Source: Candidatus Latescibacterota bacterium
Lineage (GTDB): Bacteria > Latescibacterota > UBA2968 > GCA-2709665
Assembly: GCA_965208835.1 (NCBI GenBank)
Contig: OZ242358.1
Location: 1,824,001-1,888,000 of the forward strand
Reading direction: 5' to 3'
DNA length: 64,000 bases
The notes beneath the pieces were generated by a model. It was not told where the DNA came from. It made no database searches and was given only the letters and a program-made list of their open reading frames with translations. Positions 57,913-64,000 of the stretch are shown here, in pieces; positions within the stretch are counted from its first letter, which is position 1, and each line of letters opens with the position of its first letter. Made by a program: the position numbers and the translations under genes.

Positions 57913-59367
57913 ATGAGAATGCCCCGTAACTTCCCCCGCACCGCGACGTTTCTCCTGTTGATTCCCATTGCCGTGTCCGCGCACAGTCTTGGGGCGGATT
58001 TCGACGGGGACGGCGTCGTGGGGTTCCCGGATTTCCTGCTTTTCGCCGAAGCGTACGGGTCCAATAACGTCCGGTTCGACCTGAACGACGACGGCCAGGT
58101 GGACTTCAACGACTTTCTGCTGTTTGCCGGGGACTTCGGCAAGGTGACCCACGAGGAAGGAGAGACAGACGTCGCAGGCGTCCGCTCCACGTTCGAGGCA
58201 ATACAGGACCATATCTTCAACGAAAGCTGCATCAGCAGTTCCTGCCACAGTTCAGCTTGGGCGGCAGCCGGACTTTCACTTGAACCGGACGTGGCGTACG
58301 CGCAACTCGTGGGCCGGGTGCCGCAGAACGCGAAGGCGCGGGAAGAAGGGATGCTGCTGGTCAAGGCAGGGGATCCCGGAGAGAGTTTTCTGATGACGAA
58401 GCTGACCGGGTCCGGTGTGGGGTACGGCGACCGGATGCCGAGGTCGTACTCCAGTCTGAGCGGCGTCGCAATCGACGCGATCCGGGCATGGATTGCGGCC
58501 GGGGCGCCCCGCGACAGCGTGGTGCCGGATGCGCCCGACCTGGACCGGGTCCTGCACAACACGGAGTTCTATTTCCAGCCGCCCGCGAAGCCCCAACGGG
58601 GCATACAGCTCCACCTGAGTCCCTTCGCGGTCCCGCCGCGTTCGGAGCGGGAAATCTTCTCGACGACCCGGCTGGGGGTCGCGGAAGACCTGATGGTGAA
58701 CAAGATCGAAGTGGTGCAGCCGGAGGGTAGCCACCACTTCATTCTCTATCAGTCGACGGACGAAAACCCGCCCCCGCCGGGAATTCGCGATCTGGATCCG
58801 ATCGAGGCGCTCGGTATTTTCCGGAAACGGTTCATCGTGGGCAGCCAGTCGCCGGTGGCGGTGTTCGATTTCCCTGAAGGCATCGCGATTCCGATGCCTG
58901 CCGATGCGGTCTACGAACTGAACTCTCATTTCGTGAACACCTCGGGTGAGAATACGCTCATAGGCGAGGTGTACGTCAATCTGCACTCAATGCCCGCCGA
59001 CAGCGTCAGGGAGGCTGTAAAGCCCATCTTTGAGAGCTTTTTCGCCATCAAGGTTCCGCCGGGTCAGACTGTGACCGCCGGCCGCGACTGGACGCTGCGG
59101 CGCGACGTCAACCTTGTCATGCTGTCATCGCACATGCATCGCCACGGTCGGCGGTTCGATATCTTCCTGGACGATGAAAGGATCTACCGCAGCGAAGAGT
59201 GGGACGAACCTGTGACAAATCTGTACAATCCTGCGCTCGAAGTCAGGGCTGGACAAACCCTGCGATTCGAATGCACCCACGAAAACGACGACAAAGACTT
59301 CACCATCCGGTTCGGATTTACGGCCGAGAACGACGAGATGTGCATCATGCTGGGGTATTATTATTGA
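57913..59367 (+). CDS. secreted protein: dockerin/EF-hand + cytochrome c-like + copper type II (PHM/DBH-like) monooxygenase domains
   Basis: Signal peptide; DFDGDGVVGFPDFLLF repeat; CISSSCH...DRMP...WIAAGA; GSHH, NSH, SHMH, EMC. Confidence 0.75.
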   Translation: MRMPRNFPRTATFLLLIPIAVSAHSLGADFDGDGVVGFPDFLLFAEAYGSNNVRFDLNDDGQVDFNDFLLFAGDFGKVTHEEGETDVAGVRSTFEAIQDHIFNESCISSSCHSSAWAAAGLSLEPDVAYAQLVGRVPQNAKAREEGMLLVKAGDPGESFLMTKLTGSGVGYGDRMPRSYSSLSGVAIDAIRAWIAAGAPRDSVVPDAPDLDRVLHNTEFYFQPPAKPQRGIQLHLSPFAVPPRSEREIFSTTRLGVAEDLMVNKIEVVQPEGSHHFILYQSTDENPPPPGIRDLDPIEALGIFRKRFIVGSQSPVAVFDFPEGIAIPMPADAVYELNSHFVNTSGENTLIGEVYVNLHSMPADSVREAVKPIFESFFAIKVPPGQTVTAGRDWTLRRDVNLVMLSSHMHRHGRRFDIFLDDERIYRSEEWDEPVTNLYNPALEVRAGQTLRFECTHENDDKDFTIRFGFTAENDEMCIMLGYYY

Positions 59368-59437
59368 GAAAGCCGGAATCGCGTTTTTCCGGGAGGCATG
59401 CGTTCCAGACGTAGACGTCGATGAATTGCACGTGAAA

Positions 59438-60208
59438 CTATGCGATGCTCCGCATTACCTCATCGAACAGAACCCCGTTCGTGGAAATGGCGTTGCCGCC
59501 CCGAATGGTCGGGTTTCCGCTCCAGTCGGTAAACGTGCCGCCCGCTTCTTCCAGAATGGGCTGCAGCGCGGCGCAGTCCCACACGGCCATCACGGGGTCC
59601 AGCATGATTTCCGCACGGCCCGTGGCAACAAGGATGTGCCCGTAACAGTCGCCCCATCCCCGGCAGTATGCGACCCTTCCCGCGAGGTTGCGGTACGCGC
59701 CGTCCCGGCCGAACTCGGCGAACGATTCGAAGTCGGTGGCACAGAGGAGCGCGTCTTCCAGGCGCGAGACCGTGGAGACGCTCGCCGGTCGGCCGTTCCA
59801 CGTACATCCCGATCCCCTGGCGGCGCATACCATCTCGTTCATGGCGGGGAGGTGAACCACGCCAACGGACGGAACGCCGTCTATTTCCACGCAGATCATC
59901 ACCCCGTAGAGCGGTACGCCGTGAACGAAGGACTTCGTACCGTCGATCGGGTCGATAATCCAGCGGCGGGGGGTCCGGCCGGTCCGGTCGCCGAACTCTT
60001 CTCCGACGATGGCATCCTCCGGAAAGCGGTCCTGTATCAGCCCGGCGATCCTTCGCTCAGCTGAGCGGTCGGCTTCGGTAACGGGGCTGTCGTCGGATTT
60101 CGTTTCGACCTGGACGCCGGTCTGAAAGTACCGCAGGGTAATGCGTCCGGCCTGCCAGGCCGCGTTGGTGCTGAAAGACAGAAGATCCTGGAGAGAAGGC
60201 TCTGCCAT
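59438..60208 (-). CDS. hisN: histidinol-phosphatase (inositol monophosphatase family)
   Basis: KSDDSPVTEAD, GEEFG, WIIDPIDGTKSF, GWGDCYG, WDCAAL. Confidence 0.85.
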   Translation of the reverse strand: MAEPSLQDLLSFSTNAAWQAGRITLRYFQTGVQVETKSDDSPVTEADRSAERRIAGLIQDRFPEDAIVGEEFGDRTGRTPRRWIIDPIDGTKSFVHGVPLYGVMICVEIDGVPSVGVVHLPAMNEMVCAARGSGCTWNGRPASVSTVSRLEDALLCATDFESFAEFGRDGAYRNLAGRVAYCRGWGDCYGHILVATGRAEIMLDPVMAVWDCAALQPILEEAGGTFTDWSGNPTIRGGNAISTNGVLFDEVMRSIA

Positions 60209-60224
60209 GGGCGTCCCTTTCTCA

Positions 60225-60412
60225 GAAGTTGATACAAAATTACCGGTAAGTTCCCGAGCGCGAGCGAAAAAGTGGCGGTCCAGGCGGGAAAAGCCGCCCA
60301 TATCCAATGTATCGTGGCTGTGCGCCCCTCGCCATTCTTGGGTGGACTTAACCAACGCCGACCGGCGCTTTTGCAGCCGTGCGAAGTCCACTGGGAATAT
60401 TAAGACAGCTTC
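60225..60412. mobile_element. MITE of the same family as 32779
   Basis: 188 bp, collinear with 32779-32966; flanks TCA/TTA. Confidence 0.88.
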
Positions 60413-60665
60413 TTAATTCCGCAAATGTGCAATGCCTCAATGTCTTCGTCTGTCACCGCACGGCGCAGATTCAGCGGCCACAGTCCTGTGGAGGCCCGAA
60501 TGTATGCAGGAGATCGAAGGTTGTCAAGTTCACGCCGGCAATGCTCCGAGTTCCGCTTGCGTTTTCATTCTGGAATGCTTATATTTACTCACGGAGGCTG
60601 GATCCCCAGGGTTCAACCTCTAAAAGTGCCTTGAATCTACGTAAGGGTGACCCAACCGGAAGTTA

Positions 60666-60685
60666 TTCCACAGGTTACTGTGGAA
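60666..60685. promoter_or_regulatory. palindromic operator candidate between divergent hisN and PhyH genes
   Basis: TTCCACAG-GTTA-CTGTGGAA. Confidence 0.45.
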
Positions 60686-60816
60686 CTTCGTCAATAATTT
60701 TCGGCACCTGGTAGGTTAGGCGCTTTTTTTTTCAGACTTCGTTTGTGAGACTTGCGGCGGCACAGGGTCCGTGGATCCTCGCCGGATCCGCCCATAACAG
60801 TCGAAGGGGCATACAG

Positions 60817-61590
60817 ATGCTGGACGTCGAGATTGTGAAACCGTCGGAAGTGGAGAAGGCGGTGCGAATCTTTCATCGGGACGGACTTGTCGTGATGCGA
60901 GATGCACTGACGGCACAGCAACTGGCTTACGCACGGTCCGGGGCGGACCGGGTGATCATGCAGCAGACGGAGGCGATTCCATTGGAGGATGCGAACCGCG
61001 GTTACGCGCGCTATTCCTTCGGCCAGCAGATTCGCCACCCGGAGTGGGCCCAGCTGATTGATCTGCAGACGGTTTTACCAGTCCTGGAAGCGATCTGGAA
61101 AAGCAGTGATTTCCACTGCTGGGGCGCCGGAGGAGATTACTCGCTGCCCGGCGCAAGGATCCAGAAGCTGCACGCGGATATCACGGATATGCTCCTCGAC
61201 CCCCAGGGGCGGGTGAACGTATTCGACCTGCCAACGCCGGTAATCGTGGTGAATTTTCCTATGGTGGATTTTAAGGAGATTAACGGTGCGACACGGTTTG
61301 TGCCCGGCACCCACCGCAATCGGGATCCGGCGCCCGGGCTGGAGGAGGAGCCGGACTGGATGAAGCGGTCGATCGTATGCGGGCCTGCAGGAGGAGCGGT
61401 TATCCGTGACATACGTTGCTGGCACGGGGGCACGGCCAACCGGTCGGATGAGATTCGTGCAATGACGAGCGTGGGTTATTCGGCTCCGTGGTTCGTATGG
61501 CTCAGAAAGGAACACCCCTTGCCCCGTTCCTTGTTCGATTCCCTTTCGGATCGGGCGAAAGACCTGACCCGATTTATCGTAGACGTCTGA
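60817..61590 (+). CDS. phytanoyl-CoA dioxygenase family protein
   Basis: FHRDGLVV, QKLHAD (HxD), NGATRFVPGTH, CWHGGTAN. Confidence 0.9.
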   Translation: MLDVEIVKPSEVEKAVRIFHRDGLVVMRDALTAQQLAYARSGADRVIMQQTEAIPLEDANRGYARYSFGQQIRHPEWAQLIDLQTVLPVLEAIWKSSDFHCWGAGGDYSLPGARIQKLHADITDMLLDPQGRVNVFDLPTPVIVVNFPMVDFKEINGATRFVPGTHRNRDPAPGLEEEPDWMKRSIVCGPAGGAVIRDIRCWHGGTANRSDEIRAMTSVGYSAPWFVWLRKEHPLPRSLFDSLSDRAKDLTRFIVDV

Positions 61591-61740
61591 GTGGCAGGCA
61601 ACCGGGACGCGGTCCGGCGATGAAAGGGTAGCAGCGCATGGCGATACGATTGGACCCTCAATGGGGAGACTGATTCAGGCCACATTGATGTGAGCCGCAA
61701 TCGAGGGGCGCAACGAGAGTTGCGTCCCTCGTGTTTTTTG

Positions 61741-62760
61741 TCAGGGCACGTATCCGACGTCCTGCAGCGGGATCTGCCTTCCTGCATTGTGTGCTTTGAC
61801 CGCCGCGGTGGAAACCGCGACGCTTTCCAGGATTTCAGGGTACGGGACCGGCGGCTGACGGGTATCAACCATCTTCCTGATCAGCTTGATGTTTTCGTAC
61901 GCGCCGTACGGAAAGACGTAGTCGCCGAGAGGCGGGGAATGTATATCGCCCATGTTCCCGTAAGCACTGGCGTAGAAGGCGCAGTGGTAGGTGTCGCCCG
62001 TGTCGCAGCTGAGCAGGGCGCCGCATCGTGGAAAGCGGGGTTCGTCCGGGTAGACCAGTCGCATGAAGCCGCCCGTGTTTTCGCCCATGGATTCCACGGC
62101 GCGCACGCCGGATCCGAAGAAGTTCTGCGCCAGGCAGATGGCGTGTATCTGACCCGCCAGGGAGGGGCCTCCCCCCCGGATGGAGACGAATTCCAGGTTG
62201 CCAACTTCCGGAAAGCGGGCGGCGAATTGCCTCGCCTGAGGGAGCGTGTTCAGGATGGAACGTGAAAGCAGGGGGGCATTATGTTTCCGCGCCAGGCCGA
62301 CGATGGCATTCGCGTTGTCCAGATTGTTCGCGAGCGGTTTGTCGATAAAGGTAGGTACTCCCTTTTCCAGTCCGGGCCTGGCCAGTTCCATGTGGTCGGC
62401 GCCGTCGTAATTGCAGTCGGCCACCAGAACGAGGTCTACGTCGTCCGAGACTTCGTGAACATGCTCGCACACCTGCGGTCTGGAGGTGAAGACCCGCGCA
62501 AAGACATCGCCGACGCCGGGATGTTCGTCCCATACGCGAGCGATTTCGAATTCGTGCAGGAACGGAACCGTCATGCGGGTGGGGTCGCTGTAGAATGTGT
62601 AGAAATAAAAGTGCGCCCCGCCGCTCATCCAGGAGTATGGCGCGCCGGCGCCGTTATCCATGGGTTTCTGAAGTCGCAGGGGCGCATGGTCGGCCATCAG
62701 CGCGCCATAATACATACCGTGCATATCGCAGCGGACCAGTCCGACACGTATTTTTTCCAT
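61741..62760 (-). CDS. Gfo/Idh/MocA-like oxidoreductase
   Basis: IRVGLV, DVDLVLVA, H.ELARPGLEKGVPTFIDKP. Confidence 0.8.
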   Translation of the reverse strand: MEKIRVGLVRCDMHGMYYGALMADHAPLRLQKPMDNGAGAPYSWMSGGAHFYFYTFYSDPTRMTVPFLHEFEIARVWDEHPGVGDVFARVFTSRPQVCEHVHEVSDDVDLVLVADCNYDGADHMELARPGLEKGVPTFIDKPLANNLDNANAIVGLARKHNAPLLSRSILNTLPQARQFAARFPEVGNLEFVSIRGGGPSLAGQIHAICLAQNFFGSGVRAVESMGENTGGFMRLVYPDEPRFPRCGALLSCDTGDTYHCAFYASAYGNMGDIHSPPLGDYVFPYGAYENIKLIRKMVDTRQPPVPYPEILESVAVSTAAVKAHNAGRQIPLQDVGYVP

Positions 62761-62877
62761 CGCAATTCTCCCGGAAGACACCATCACAGAAACATCCGAC
62801 GCAGAATACTGGAACCTCCCTGCGGTACCGAGGGCGAAAAGTATGAAAAAAAACTCACCGGAACAAGAAGTTTCTAC

Positions 62878-62906
62878 TTGAATACTGAACATATGTTCAG
62901 TATATT
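62878..62906 (+). promoter_or_regulatory. sigma-factor promoter with a 22-bp perfect palindrome (LexA-box-like)
   Basis: TTGAAT-N17-TATATT with ATACTGAACATATGTTCAGTAT (62882-62903) spanning the spacer. Confidence 0.7.
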
Positions 62907-62993
62907 TTAGTGTACTGGAGAACAATACATTCCAGCAGGGTGCGTAATCAATTCTCAATCGGTCGGGTTACTTCAGTTCTCGGAGGATTGTCG

Positions 62994-63848
62994 ATGTTTG
63001 CCGGAACGTACGAAGGTCGTGTTGCGTGTGAAGACAGATCGTTGAAACACTACTTCAGAGAGGTCGATCGACATCCGCGGATCGATTCGGACGAAGAGCG
63101 GGCACTCGCCGCCAGGGTCGAGGCGGGGGATGAAGCCGCAATAGCGGCGCTTGTCAATGCGAATCTTCGCTTTGTCATACATATCGCCAGAGGATATCAG
63201 AATCAGGGTCTGCCGCTGGGAGACCTCATCAACGAGGGCAATTGCGGGTTGTTTACCGCTGCCCGAAAATTTGACCGGAGCAAGGGTTGCAGGTTTATTA
63301 CGTACGCGGTCTGGTGGATCCGGCAGCACATTCTGAAAGCATTGGACGTTCAGACACGGACCGTCCGTGTGCCTGCAAGCGTATTAAACGATATCGGCCG
63401 ATTGAAAAAGACGGAAGATCGTCTCATGCAGCGCCTTGAACGCAGTCCCGCGCTGGAGGAAGTCGCCGCGCAATCCGGTTTGCCGCTGAAGAGGCTCAAC
63501 CGCTGTCTGGATGGAGGCGCAAACGCCGTCTCGCTCGACTCCGCTGGTGCTGAAGGCCGCCTGAGTCTTTCGGAGACGCTTTCAGACCGGCGCCTCGCGT
63601 CGGCGGAAGAGACGCTCGTCGAAGCGTGCCGAATCCGAGCCGTAGAGGAAACTCTGGATCTGCTTTCAGATCGTCACAGGAAAATACTCAGTCTCTATTT
63701 TGGTATGCACGGCCAGGAACCGACGACGTACCAGGAGATCGGACGCCGTCTTGGGATCAGTCGTGAACGGGTGAGGCAATTGAAGGAAGACGCATTCGTA
63801 AAGTTGAGGCAGCCGTCGGTACGGAAGCGTCTTGAGGCGTTTCTGTAA
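62994..63848 (+). CDS. RNA polymerase sigma factor, RpoD/SigA family lacking region 1.1 (alternative sigma)
   Basis: ANLRFVIHIA, DLINEGN, FITYAVWWIRQ, ISRERVRQ. Confidence 0.93.
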   Translation: MFAGTYEGRVACEDRSLKHYFREVDRHPRIDSDEERALAARVEAGDEAAIAALVNANLRFVIHIARGYQNQGLPLGDLINEGNCGLFTAARKFDRSKGCRFITYAVWWIRQHILKALDVQTRTVRVPASVLNDIGRLKKTEDRLMQRLERSPALEEVAAQSGLPLKRLNRCLDGGANAVSLDSAGAEGRLSLSETLSDRRLASAEETLVEACRIRAVEETLDLLSDRHRKILSLYFGMHGQEPTTYQEIGRRLGISRERVRQLKEDAFVKLRQPSVRKRLEAFL

Positions 63849-63862
63849 CGCGGCTTCGAGCT

Positions 63863-64000
63863 AGTGTTCTGTCCCGGAAATAAGTTGCCTGAATTCGACC
63901 GCCGAGTCGCCCGTCTCGCAAGGCGCCTGAGCGCAGGCGACCTGGGTAAGGTCGGCGAGCGAGGGGAACGTAGCGAGAAGGGATGAATCGGCGGTCGAAT
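63863..64000. mobile_element. MITE, inverted copy of 12955-13119, cut by the window end
   Basis: CT|AGTGTTCTGTCCCGGAAATAAGTTGCCTGAATTCGACCGCC... is the reverse complement of 12980-13119 with few mismatches. Confidence 0.85.

Overview
GC-rich (~60% by eye) bacterial chromosomal window. Dockerin-like secreted protein, DUF6785-type membrane protein, heparinase-like and PhyH genes and the futalosine pathway suggest a Latescibacterota/Poribacteria-like lineage (inference only). Core content is a long minus-strand run (thrS-infC-rpmI-rplT-zapB-like-zapA-rny-ymdB-xseAB-nadK-recN-mqnE-mqnC-mqnA), a form II coxSLM-coxG cluster, an RND pump, tRNA-Leu(CAG), cysK, queE, hisN and a sigma-70 factor. Main observations: (1) an AhpD-like gene split by the ORF caller at an in-frame TGA in a CxxU motif with a SECIS-like hairpin, i.e. 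a likely selenoprotein; (2) an archaeal/eukaryote-type PheRS under a Phe T-box, while the usual pheST slot after rplT is empty; (3) a 4.9-11 kb TA/defence patch punctuated by 9-bp-periodic inverted repeats, one pair of which seems to carry an ATPase+TOPRIM cargo; (4) several non-coding repeat/MITE families, three of which share an internal CAAGGCG...AACGYMG module; (5) a gene-free 1.2 kb interval holding a symmetric 154-bp site with DnaA-like and NrdR-like boxes; (6) a perfect 22-bp SOS-like palindrome in the sigma-factor promoter; (7) a secreted heme-c plus PHM/DBH-type copper monooxygenase fusion. All calls come from reading the sequence; no database searches were run.
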